64,000 bases of DNA from NCBI GenBank assembly GCA_944350345.1, contig CALVOP010000005.1, positions 2,575 through 66,574 on the forward strand, in the 5' to 3' direction. The DNA comes from an uncultured Bacilli bacterium (GTDB lineage Bacteria > Bacillota_I > Bacilli_A > RF39 > UBA660). Below, one piece after another: positions 18,514 to 29,794 of this stretch (its first letter is position 1; the number at the start of each line of letters is the position of its first letter). A program made the translations under genes and the position numbers. Under the pieces are notes generated by a model. The model saw only the letters and a list, made by a program, of their open reading frames with translations. It was not told the DNA's origin and did no database searches.

Positions 18514-19425
18514 CTAACTTTTTAAAATCTTTTCTGTATTTTTAAATGAAACTTTACTTATTTCATTAAGTATGTCTTTGCCATATTTTTTTACAAGTTC
18601 TTTTCCAACTTCATCAACTTTTATTCCAGCACCTTTTGGAAAAATAATATTATATTTTTTATTTAGTTTATCCATTTCAGTTAAAAAAACATATCTGCTT
18701 ATAACTGACGCACAGGCAACACTTAAGTTTCTATCTTCTGCTTTTGTAATAAATGTAATATTCGTTACTTTATCTTTTACGTCTTTTAAATATCCGTAAT
18801 AACTTCTAGGGTAGGCAAATTGGTCTACTATAACTTTATCGTACAAAAAACCTTTATTTGTCATTTTATATAATACTTGATTATGTAAAATTGCTTTTAT
18901 TTTGTTCATGTTATCACTTGTATGTGTCGCGTTATATTCTTTATTTGTCATAATTATGTACTCATGCGGGATTTTGTTCATTATAATAGGTGCACATCTT
19001 CTGATTTTATCATCAGTCATTTTTTTAGAATCTTGAATTTTAAGTTTTTCTAAAAAGGAAATATCAGTTTTTTTAACATATGTTGCACATACGACAATTG
19101 GTAAAAAATAATCACCAGTTCCAACTTCGTCACTACCTATTGCATTTAAATAATAGTAAGTTTTATCTACTTTTTCTTTTTGTTTTTCATTAAAATCAAT
19201 ATCAATGTTATTTAAGTGTTTTTCCATGTCTTTCCAAAGATTAGCATCTACATCAGCGCTTATTCCCTGAAACATTGCTTTGCCACTTTCATAAAGTGTA
19301 ATTACTGTGTCAGCTTCAACTGCTTGAAATATAGCATAAGGCGGTGTTTTAGGTTTCCTTTTGTCCATGTAATACTCAATCATTTTTTCTTTGACGTTAT
19401 CACTTACTTTAAAAACGATAGTCAT
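18514..19425 (-). CDS. rnhC: ribonuclease HIII
   Basis: N-terminal RNase HIII-specific domain (PPYAIFQA...TLYESGKAMFQG). The catalytic block is IGSDEVGTGDYFLP...ASVISR. AGGTGA lies 5 nt before the ATG at 19425. Confidence 0.85.
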   Translation of the reverse strand: MTIVFKVSDNVKEKMIEYYMDKRKPKTPPYAIFQAVEADTVITLYESGKAMFQGISADVDANLWKDMEKHLNNIDIDFNEKQKEKVDKTYYYLNAIGSDEVGTGDYFLPIVVCATYVKKTDISFLEKLKIQDSKKMTDDKIRRCAPIIMNKIPHEYIIMTNKEYNATHTSDNMNKIKAILHNQVLYKMTNKGFLYDKVIVDQFAYPRSYYGYLKDVKDKVTNITFITKAEDRNLSVACASVISRYVFLTEMDKLNKKYNIIFPKGAGIKVDEVGKELVKKYGKDILNEISKVSFKNTEKILKS

Positions 19426-19585
19426 ATAAATCACCTGTAATTATTTTATCAAATTATATTTTTTAAATCCATATTATTTGTTCTTGTGTAATTAATTTGT
19501 ACATATAACGTATAATATATTGAACCTTTTTAATTTGTAAAAACAAGTTTTTGTGCCTTTATCTATGCAAAAAGCATTATTTTGA

Positions 19586-19613
19586 TTGACAATAAATAAA
19601 AATATGCTAGAAT
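19586..19613 (+). promoter_or_regulatory. sigma-A-type promoter for the PPIase/repeat-protein genes
   Basis: TTGACA (19586-19591), a 16-nt spacer, then extended -10 TGcTAGAAT (19605-19613). It lies about 60 nt upstream of the ATG at 19673. Confidence 0.45.
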
Positions 19614-19672
19614 AAAAGACATTATTTCTTGAGATAGTATTGTCTTGAGCAAATGATAAAGGGGGAATTGGA

Positions 19673-20833
19673 ATGGCTACGAAAGGTAGTAAAACTACAA
19701 CTAAGAAAGTTACTACTAAAAAAACTACTAGAACAAATTCTAAAAAAGAAGGAGTGATTGAGGTAAAGGAACCAAAAAAAGTGGGATCTAATATTAAAGG
19801 TTTTTTTAAAAAAATATTTAATTTTATTAAATCTCACAAGTACATATTTGGTATACTTAGTGGATTAATTGTTCTAATAATCTTCTATTTAATTTATTTA
19901 AGTATATCTCTTGGATTCACTGTTGTAACAATTGATGATACTAAATTTACAAAAGCGGATTTAAATATGCAATTATACAATCTAAAGTATAGTTATTTTG
20001 GTAAAGAAAGTTATGAAATACCTGATGCAACTTTAGATGAACAAATTACTTCATTAAATATGACTGTTGGTGAGTACCTTAAACAACAAGCTGTTGAAGA
20101 ACTAAAAATATTAACTGCAGTAGAACGTATCGCAGAAGATAATAATATCTCTTTATCAGATGAGGATTATAAAGACCTAGACGAAAATAAAGAGGAAGTT
20201 ATTAGTAATGTTGGTGGAAAGTCTGAATTTAAAAAACTACTTAGAAAAAATAACATTACAGAAGCAGCTTATGATAAATTTTATTATATAAATAAGTTAT
20301 ATGATAAAGTTTTTGAAGAATTATATAGTAGTGGAAAAAAGAATGATTTAACAACTGAAAAAAAAGAAAGTGCTAAAGAAGAGTATTTTGAAAAATATCT
20401 TAAAATACAACAAATTGTACTAGCAAAAATAGATGTTAGCACTGGAAGTGATTTAAGTGATACTATAATTAATCAAAAAGAAACTTTGGCAAATAGTATT
20501 TTAACTGAAGCTAGAAATGGCGCTGATTTTGAAGATTTAATCATCAAATATAGTGAAGAAGCTCAGGAAAAAGGTAATAATACTTATTATTATGCTAAAG
20601 GAGACTTGTTAGAGAATATTGAAAGTGTGGTTGTTGGTTTGGGTACTGGCTCAATATCTGATGTCATTGAAACTGATTATGCATTTCATATTGTTAAAAG
20701 ATTAGAATTAGATGATTCTAAACTAGAAAACTATTATGATATTGTTAGAAATAATAAATTGGTTGATGATATTCAAGATATGATAGAAGATTATAAAATT
20801 TTTTATGAGAATTCTTATAAAAAAATTAAATAA
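19673..20833 (+). CDS. membrane-anchored PrsA/SurA-like peptidyl-prolyl isomerase (parvulin domain)
   Basis: A Lys/Thr-rich cytoplasmic tail and one TM segment. The C-terminal parvulin-like block is GADFEDLIIKYSEE...GDL...ETDYAFHIVKR. Confidence 0.7.
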   Translation: MATKGSKTTTKKVTTKKTTRTNSKKEGVIEVKEPKKVGSNIKGFFKKIFNFIKSHKYIFGILSGLIVLIIFYLIYLSISLGFTVVTIDDTKFTKADLNMQLYNLKYSYFGKESYEIPDATLDEQITSLNMTVGEYLKQQAVEELKILTAVERIAEDNNISLSDEDYKDLDENKEEVISNVGGKSEFKKLLRKNNITEAAYDKFYYINKLYDKVFEELYSSGKKNDLTTEKKESAKEEYFEKYLKIQQIVLAKIDVSTGSDLSDTIINQKETLANSILTEARNGADFEDLIIKYSEEAQEKGNNTYYYAKGDLLENIESVVVGLGTGSISDVIETDYAFHIVKRLELDDSKLENYYDIVRNNKLVDDIQDMIEDYKIFYENSYKKIK

Positions 20834-20853
20834 GTATACAGGGGAGTAGAGGT

Positions 20854-22662
20854 ATGAAAAATAAGAAACAAAAAAATCAAACACTACAAATTGTAGTAGT
20901 AGTTGTAATTTTAGTTGCTTTATTTACTTTACTTGGTTTGTCTCTTGCTAAGTTATTTGATATCAATGGTAATTCAATTCCTAACGTTCTTGATAAAATT
21001 GAATTATTAGATGAAAATAATAATAAACAAACTACTGAATTAAATGAAGCTGTAACTGATTCAAAAAATGAAATTATTGAAAATATTAATGATTCTGAAT
21101 CAAGCATTAATTCAAATATTAGTTCAAAATATTATTTATTAGATAAAAGTCTTACTGAAAAATCAGAAGCTTTAACAGTTTTAATAAATACTAATTATAC
21201 TAATTTGGATAATAATATTAATAATACAAGATCTGCATTATTAACTGCTTTATCTAATAGTCAAAATGCAATACATACTGACTTAGATAATACAAGAAAT
21301 CATTTAGGTAATATGATTACTAATAGTCAAAATGCAATACATACTGACTTAAATAACACAAGAAATCATTTAGGTAATATGATTACTAATAGTCAGAATG
21401 CATTACATACAGATTTAAGTAATACAAGGGATTATTTAACAAATGTAGTAACAACTAGTGAAAATGCATTGCGTACAGACTTAGGTAATATGATTACTAA
21501 TAGTCAGAATGCAATACATACTGACTTAAATAATACAAGAACTCATTTGGGTAATATGATTACTAATAGCATGAATTCAATAAATAATAATATTGATAAT
21601 GCAGAAAAGACAATATTAGAGGATAATGCAAATAATACATTATTCTTAAGTGATAAAATTGACAATGTTCAAAGTTCTTTAAATTCATTTATAGTTGAAA
21701 ACAGAACATCATTAAATAATTTAAGCATAGTAACAAATGGAATTAAAGATACATTAACTACTCATGCTAATCAAACAAAGACATCATTAAATAATTTGAG
21801 TACAATAACAAATGGAATTAAAGATACATTAACTACTCATGCTAGTCAAACAAAGACATCATTAAATAATTTGAGTACAGTAACAAATGGAATTAAAAAT
21901 ACATTGACCACTCATGCTAATCAAACAAAGACATCATTAAATAATTTGAGTACAGTAACAAATGGAATTAAAAATACATTAACTACTCATGCTAATCAAA
22001 CAAGGACATCATTAAATAATTTGAGTATAGTAACAAATAGAATTGAAGGTTCATTAAATGATTTAACATCAACTGTAAATGTTTCATTTAGAAATTTAAG
22101 TATAGTTAATTCAAGAATAGAATCATCACTTTCTGATATTTCTAGCTCTATAACTTCATTATCTAAAAATACAAATGACGTTATAAATGGAATAAATGAT
22201 GTAAAATCTTCATTAGCTACATATGAATCAAATGCCGTTGGTAGACAAAATGTAATAAGACAAGATATCAAAGATCTTGGTACAAATTTAGCAACTTTAG
22301 CTTCTGATGAAAGAGGTAGATATAGTGTTTTAAATCAAAGAACACAAGATTTCACTACATCACTTGCTGAAATTAAGACTACTGTTGAAGAAAATAATAA
22401 TATATTAGGAACATTAAATACTAATATTGATAATATTACAGCCAAATTAAACGGCATGGACGGTAAATTAGATACAATTATGACTGATGTTGAAAATATG
22501 GAATATTACTTGAAGTTCTACGCAATACCTAGCGATTTGGCTGGAGTATTAGCTGATGCTTATGAAGAGTATTATCAAGTTACAAATCCAGGTGCATCAA
22601 CTGAAGAAAAAATGCAATTTATTATTGATTATCTAGTTCAACATAAATATGTTAGACAATAA
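20854..22662 (+). CDS. membrane-anchored Asn/Thr/Ser-rich tandem-repeat protein (coiled-coil-like), function unknown
   Basis: GGGGAG RBS and an N-terminal TM segment (LQIVVVVVILVALFTLLGLSLA). There are two internal in-frame repeat arrays. No enzymatic motif. Confidence 0.7.
   Translation: MKNKKQKNQTLQIVVVVVILVALFTLLGLSLAKLFDINGNSIPNVLDKIELLDENNNKQTTELNEAVTDSKNEIIENINDSESSINSNISSKYYLLDKSLTEKSEALTVLINTNYTNLDNNINNTRSALLTALSNSQNAIHTDLDNTRNHLGNMITNSQNAIHTDLNNTRNHLGNMITNSQNALHTDLSNTRDYLTNVVTTSENALRTDLGNMITNSQNAIHTDLNNTRTHLGNMITNSMNSINNNIDNAEKTILEDNANNTLFLSDKIDNVQSSLNSFIVENRTSLNNLSIVTNGIKDTLTTHANQTKTSLNNLSTITNGIKDTLTTHASQTKTSLNNLSTVTNGIKNTLTTHANQTKTSLNNLSTVTNGIKNTLTTHANQTRTSLNNLSIVTNRIEGSLNDLTSTVNVSFRNLSIVNSRIESSLSDISSSITSLSKNTNDVINGINDVKSSLATYESNAVGRQNVIRQDIKDLGTNLATLASDERGRYSVLNQRTQDFTTSLAEIKTTVEENNNILGTLNTNIDNITAKLNGMDGKLDTIMTDVENMEYYLKFYAIPSDLAGVLADAYEEYYQVTNPGASTEEKMQFIIDYLVQHKYVRQ
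21256..21564 (+). repeat. in-frame 66-nt (22-aa) tandem repeat array, about 4.7 copies
   Basis: The unit is NSQNAIHTDLDNTRNHLGNMIT. Copies start at 21256, 21322, 21388, 21454 (truncated to 15 aa) and 21499. Confidence 0.9.
21709..22158 (+). repeat. in-frame 75-nt (25-aa) tandem repeat array, 4 near-identical + 2 degenerate copies
   Basis: The unit is SLNNLS(I/T)(V/I)TNGIK(D/N)TLTTHA(N/S)QT(K/R)T. Copies recur every 75 nt from 21709 to 22008. Degenerate copies follow up to about 22158. Confidence 0.9.
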
Positions 22663-22663
22663 A

Positions 22664-22690
22664 AAGAAGTGTTAAACTTCTTTTTTTATG
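22664..22690 (+). terminator. rho-independent terminator after the repeat-protein gene
   Basis: aaaaagaagt-gttaa-acttcttttt hairpin with a T-run. Confidence 0.5.
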
Positions 22691-22738
22691 TTTATTTTTA
22701 ATTTTGTTTATAATATAATTAGACTAGGAAGTGATAAA

Positions 22739-23443
22739 ATGAATTTATTAGATTCAATTATAATCGTTTTATTTATTATTGGAATTCTTGGTGGACTTAA
22801 AAGTGGAGTAATAAAAAGTACTGTAACATTAGTTGGAACTATAATAGTTTTTATACTTGCGTTTTATTTAAAGAACCCACTTGCTACTATATTGTATACA
22901 TATTTACCATTTTTCAATATATTAAATGGAGCAGTTGTAATAAATATATTACTTTATGAATTATTAGCATTTTTAATAGCCGTTGCAATTTTATCTCTAG
23001 CTCTAGGTATTTTAATTAAAGTGTCTGGATTTATTGAAAAAGTATTTAATGCAACAATTATTCTTGGAATGATTTCTAAACTATTAGGTGCGATTGTTGG
23101 TTTTGTGGAAGCGTATGTACTAATATTTATATTGGTTTTTGTTCTTAGTCAGCCATTTCTTTTTATGAATACGATTTATAGTTCAAAGGTTGCAACTTTT
23201 ATTTTAAATCATTCACTTGTTTTAACAAATATTGTTAGCGAAACTACTGGTACTATAGAAGAGATATATAATTTGAAGGATGATTATAATGAAGAAAATA
23301 TAGATGAATTTAATTATGCAGCACTTGATATTATGATGGAAAATAAAGTAGTTGATTCAAATACTATTTTAAAATTAAAAGAAAATAATAAGTTGACTTT
23401 TAATGGTGTAGATAGTTTAATTGAAAAATATAAGGAGGAGTAA
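22739..23443 (+). CDS. CvpA-family membrane protein
   Basis: The N-terminus MNLLDSIIIVLFIIGILGGLKSGVIK plus 4 TM segments is typical of CvpA. The ATG at 22739 follows AGGAAGTGA. Confidence 0.7.
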   Translation: MNLLDSIIIVLFIIGILGGLKSGVIKSTVTLVGTIIVFILAFYLKNPLATILYTYLPFFNILNGAVVINILLYELLAFLIAVAILSLALGILIKVSGFIEKVFNATIILGMISKLLGAIVGFVEAYVLIFILVFVLSQPFLFMNTIYSSKVATFILNHSLVLTNIVSETTGTIEEIYNLKDDYNEENIDEFNYAALDIMMENKVVDSNTILKLKENNKLTFNGVDSLIEKYKEE

Positions 23444-23737
23444 ATGATACATTTAGAAAAAGAAAATTTAAACGAATTAATCAAAGAAGGAACGCATTTA
23501 ATAGATTTTTATGCTGATTGGTGTGGACCTTGCACTATGTTAAGTCCAATTTTAGAAGATATGACTGACATAAGTGTTATAAAAGTAAACGTTGATAAAT
23601 TTCCAAATATAGCAAATGAATATAAAGTAATGAGTATTCCTAAACTTGTCTATGTTAAAGATGGAAAAATTGTTGCAGAACAAGTTGGTTTACAATCTGA
23701 AGAAGATATTAGAAATACTTATAACAATATAAAATAA
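23444..23737 (+). CDS. trxA: thioredoxin
   Basis: WCGPC active site in a 97-aa protein. AGGAGGAG RBS. Confidence 0.9.
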   Translation: MIHLEKENLNELIKEGTHLIDFYADWCGPCTMLSPILEDMTDISVIKVNVDKFPNIANEYKVMSIPKLVYVKDGKIVAEQVGLQSEEDIRNTYNNIK

Positions 23738-23756
23738 CTTTACATATATAAGAAAG

Positions 23757-23780
23757 CAAAGTATAATAACTTTGTTTTTT
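23757..23780 (+). terminator. short hairpin + T-run between trxA and queA (weak terminator/attenuator)
   Basis: caaagt-ataata-actttg followed by tttttt. The stem is only 6 bp. Confidence 0.3.
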
Positions 23781-23792
23781 AAAGGAGTTAAA

Positions 23793-25451
23793 ATGAAAAC
23801 AAACGATTTTGATTATTTTTTGCCTGAAAATTTAATTGCTCAAAGTCCTTTGGAGAATAGAAGTTCTTCAAAGCTTTTAGTTTTGGATAAAATTACTGGT
23901 GAAATTATTCAAGAGAAGTTTTTTAATATAATAAATTATTTAAATAAGGGAGATGTTTTAGTACTTAATAATACAAAAGTAATACCATCTAGAATATACG
24001 CTATAAAAGAAGATACAAAAGCATCTATTGAAATATTGCTATTAAAGGAAATTGATAAAGACGTTTATGAGTGTTTGGCACGAAAACAAAAAAGATTAAA
24101 AATTGGAACCAAATTAATATTTTCTAATGAATTAACTGGAACAGTAATAGATATAAAAGAAGAAGGAATAACTCATATTAAATTTGATTATAAAGGCGTA
24201 TTTTTAGAAATAATAAGTAAAATAGGTACTATGCCATTACCGCCTTACATTCATGAAAAACTTAAAGACAAAGATAGATACAATACAGTTTATTCTAAAA
24301 TAAATGGTAGTGCTGCAGCACCAACTGCTGGGTTGCACTTTACAAACGAAATATTAAAAGAAATTGAGAATAAAGGAATAGAAGTGCTTTATGTTACATT
24401 ACATGTTGGACTTGGCACATTTAGGCCTGTAAATGTAGAAGACGTTACTAAACATGTTATGCATTCAGAAGAGTATGAAATAACTGAAGAAGTTGCTAAT
24501 AAATTAAATAAAGCTAAAAGTGGAAAGAGAAGAATCGTTTGTGTTGGTACTACAAGTGTTAGAACATTGGAAAGCAATATTAGCAAATATGGTGAGTTTA
24601 CTAAAACAAAAGAAGAAACTAGTATATTTATTTATCCAGGATATAAATATAAAGCAGTCGACGCATTAATTACTAATTTTCATTTACCAAAAAGTACTTT
24701 ACTTATGCTTGTAAGTGCATTATCTAGTAAAGAGATTATTATGGATGCATATAAAGAAGCTATTGATTATAATTATAGATTTTTTAGTTTTGGTGATGCA
24801 ATGTTTATTACTAATTTGAGCAATAATTATAAAAAAATAATCAAAAAAGTAAATAGTTATGAAAAGAGTAATTATAATTATTTTAAAATTATTAAAGGAA
24901 AAAACAATATTTTAATTTCAGCACCACACGCTTATAAGCACATTAGAGATGGAAAAGTGAAAAGTAATGAGTATAATACAAGTAATATTGTTAAAATATT
25001 AAAATATTTTACTGATTCTCACATAATATATACTGATAAACCTACAAAGGAAGACCCTAATTTTGATGTTAAAAATGAATATAAAAATGTTTTAATTCAA
25101 TATATAAAAGAAAATAATATTAAATACTTTATTGATATACATGGATATGTAGATGCTAAAAGTGATTTAATAATAGGTACAAATGATAAGAAAAATATAA
25201 ATAATGATTGCAATTTGTTAGAAAATATATATAATATATTTTACTATAATTTTTCTACTAATATATTAATTGATAAGAAATATAAAGCATCTAATAACGC
25301 TTTGTCAAAATGCGTTAGTGAAGAAACTAATATTTATGCATTTCAGTTTGAAATTAATAAAAATTTTAGAAAAATGAAAAGGAGAAAAAAGAGTTTTAAT
25401 AAAACAATTAAAAGTCTAATTAGTGTTATTAAGTATATTGAGGGGAGATAA
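23793..25451 (+). CDS. queA: S-adenosylmethionine:tRNA ribosyltransferase-isomerase (QueA) fused to a C-terminal ~210-aa amidohydrolase-like domain
   Basis: QueA motifs are FDYFLPENLIAQ, PLPPYI, APTAGLHFT, VCVGTTSVRTLES, LITNFHLPKSTLLML and FFSFGDAMFI. The ORF then continues without a stop into a domain carrying ISAPHAYKH and FIDIHGY. GGAG lies 7 nt before the ATG at 23793. Confidence 0.85.
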   Translation: MKTNDFDYFLPENLIAQSPLENRSSSKLLVLDKITGEIIQEKFFNIINYLNKGDVLVLNNTKVIPSRIYAIKEDTKASIEILLLKEIDKDVYECLARKQKRLKIGTKLIFSNELTGTVIDIKEEGITHIKFDYKGVFLEIISKIGTMPLPPYIHEKLKDKDRYNTVYSKINGSAAAPTAGLHFTNEILKEIENKGIEVLYVTLHVGLGTFRPVNVEDVTKHVMHSEEYEITEEVANKLNKAKSGKRRIVCVGTTSVRTLESNISKYGEFTKTKEETSIFIYPGYKYKAVDALITNFHLPKSTLLMLVSALSSKEIIMDAYKEAIDYNYRFFSFGDAMFITNLSNNYKKIIKKVNSYEKSNYNYFKIIKGKNNILISAPHAYKHIRDGKVKSNEYNTSNIVKILKYFTDSHIIYTDKPTKEDPNFDVKNEYKNVLIQYIKENNIKYFIDIHGYVDAKSDLIIGTNDKKNINNDCNLLENIYNIFYYNFSTNILIDKKYKASNNALSKCVSEETNIYAFQFEINKNFRKMKRRKKSFNKTIKSLISVIKYIEGR

Positions 25452-25453
25452 TT

Positions 25454-26306
25454 ATGAGCGAAGATATTAATTTTGTTGAAAGATATGATGAACTTTTGGA
25501 AATTAAACCTAACTATGGTTATGATAGGGTTTTGCCACCAGTTAAATTTAATTATGTTGGATTTGAAATTGAAATAGCAGTTAATTTTGATCGTGGTAGA
25601 TATTCTTTTATCAGAACTATGTTAAAAAAAATTAAAAAGCTTGTTGGTGAAAATGGTTATTTTGTTAAAGATGGTACTATATTAGGTGACTATTCATTTG
25701 AAATTGTTTTAGATCCAATGAGTATAAAGAAATCTGTTAAAATATATAGGGATTTAATGAAAATAGTTGAATTTAGTGATGGAAGTATTTGCTTTGATAA
25801 AGAACATAACTGTGGATTACACTTAAATTTTAATCAGTTTGATATTGAAAATATCGAAGTGTCTCATCAAAGGTTAATGCTACTTATTAATCAAAAAAGT
25901 CAGTATTTTGAAGAAAATATATATAAAAGAAGTTATTATGAATTTGACTTTAAAAAATATCTTGAATTTCAAAAAAATGTTGCGGATAAATATATAAGTG
26001 TAAACTATTTAAATAAGAAATTAGTTGAAGTAAGAAATATTAAGACACATTTATCTTCTAAATCTTTAGAAAGTATAATTAGGGATATTATTAATGCATT
26101 ATTTCCAGATAAGTTAAAAGATGTTAAAGATATAAAGCATACTAAGAAAATGAAAAAAATACTTAGTGAAACATTTCAAAATAATAATAGTAAATTAATA
26201 AAAGAAAGCCTTAATTCTAATTTATTGATTATTGATTTTAATGAAAAAAATCCAAAGATTATTTTACCAAATGACAAAATTAAAAAAGTCATAAAAGAGG
26301 TGAAAA

Positions 26307-26323
<17 letters not shown>
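25454..26323 (+). CDS. glutamine-synthetase-like amidoligase ('Amidoligase_2'-type COOH-NH2 ligase)
   Basis: Motifs: VGFEIEI (25556-25576), KDGTILGDYSFEIVLDP and NCGLHLNF (25808-25831). GAGGGGAG RBS. It starts 2 nt after the queA-fusion stop. Confidence 0.6.
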
Positions 26324-28690
<2,367 letters not shown>

Positions 28691-28699
28691 AATTTTAAC

Positions 28700-29059
28700 T
28701 TATTTTTTTTTATGATTTATTCCAAATATTCCTCCTGTTATACTAGAAAGCATTAATATAAAATAATATAGTAGACTAATTAAAGATAATTTAGAAAATA
28801 TTAGTGATAATATAATTAGAAAAAATATATTTATAGTTCCCATTAATGCACCTATTAAATATCCTTTTTGTTCGCTGTGTTTTGCAAGATAATATCCGCT
28901 AAAAAGTGACGCGATGATAAGAACTATAAATGATATTATATAAACCGTTTTGTACCCAATTACATCAAAATAATTAAGAGTTGAAGTTAAAACAAGTATT
29001 ATTAATAAAGAAACAATAAAATATAAAAAACCTTTTAAAATGTATTTATAATTTGGCAT
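28700..29059 (-). CDS. YrzE/TIGR04086-like small polytopic membrane protein
   Basis: 119 aa with 4 TM segments and a C-terminal GGIFG. It occupies the same position relative to tgt, DUF421 and spoVB as B. subtilis yrzE. Confidence 0.55.
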   Translation of the reverse strand: MPNYKYILKGFLYFIVSLLIILVLTSTLNYFDVIGYKTVYIISFIVLIIASLFSGYYLAKHSEQKGYLIGALMGTINIFFLIILSLIFSKLSLISLLYYFILMLSSITGGIFGINHKKK

Positions 29060-29140
29060 TTATTTAACCTTCTTTCTATATTAATTGTATTTATTGTTTA
29101 AAAAAATATGATTGTTCTCATAATAGTTATAGGTGATTTT

Positions 29141-29794
29141 ATGGAACTATTTGTTGTAATATATAGAACTATCTTTTTCTACTTATTTATTTTGATTATA
29201 TTTAGAATAATGGGGAAAAGGGAAGTGGGACAACTTAGTATTCAAGACTTGGTTGTAAGTATTTTAATTGCTGAATTGGTTGCTATAAGCATAGAAGAAA
29301 TTGAAGAAAGTTTATGGCTTACTGTTATTCCTATTATGATTTTAGTTGTTCTTGAATTGATTGCTGCTTTTATGTCTTTAAAGTTTAATAAGTTTAGAAA
29401 TATAATGGAAGGTAAACCAGCACTTATAATTAATCAAGGTAAAATTAATTTTAAGGAAATGGTAAAACAAAGGTATACTCTTGATGATTTATTAGTCCAT
29501 CTTCGTAGTAAGGATATAAAAAGTATAAATGATGTTGAATATGCTATACTTGAGAATAACGGTAATTTGAGTGTATTTAAATATAATTTTTTAAGAATGA
29601 AAAGCGAGAACCCGTTTCCTTTAATTTTAGATGGTATAATTCAACATGATACTTTAAGATATTTAAAAAAAGATGACAAATGGCTTAAAGAATTGATTAG
29701 AAAAGAAAATACATCTATTGATGAGATATTTTATGCATTTTATAAAAATCAAAAAGCATATATTATTAAAAAAAGTGATTTGGTGAGGTTCTAA
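29141..29794 (+). CDS. DUF421 (YrbG-like) membrane protein
   Basis: The N-terminal TM pair with RIMGKREVGQLSIQDLVV and the C-terminal L..LR..G......V..A.LE.NG.LSV pattern are typical of DUF421. It is syntenic with B. subtilis yrbG. Confidence 0.7.
   Translation: MELFVVIYRTIFFYLFILIIFRIMGKREVGQLSIQDLVVSILIAELVAISIEEIEESLWLTVIPIMILVVLELIAAFMSLKFNKFRNIMEGKPALIINQGKINFKEMVKQRYTLDDLLVHLRSKDIKSINDVEYAILENNGNLSVFKYNFLRMKSENPFPLILDGIIQHDTLRYLKKDDKWLKELIRKENTSIDEIFYAFYKNQKAYIIKKSDLVRF

Noticed and set aside
13976-19434. The T4CP-like ATPase as evidence of an ICE or conjugative island spanning the ABC exporter to rnhC.
   Set aside because: There is no relaxase, VirB4, integrase or replication gene. 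There is no tRNA or att site. I see no visible compositional shift either. It is kept only as an orphan-gene finding.
21256-22158. Regularly spaced direct repeats that could be mistaken for a CRISPR array or satellite.
   Set aside because: The repeats are contiguous with no unique spacers. They are in frame within a 602-codon ORF and encode conserved peptide units. No cas genes lie nearby.
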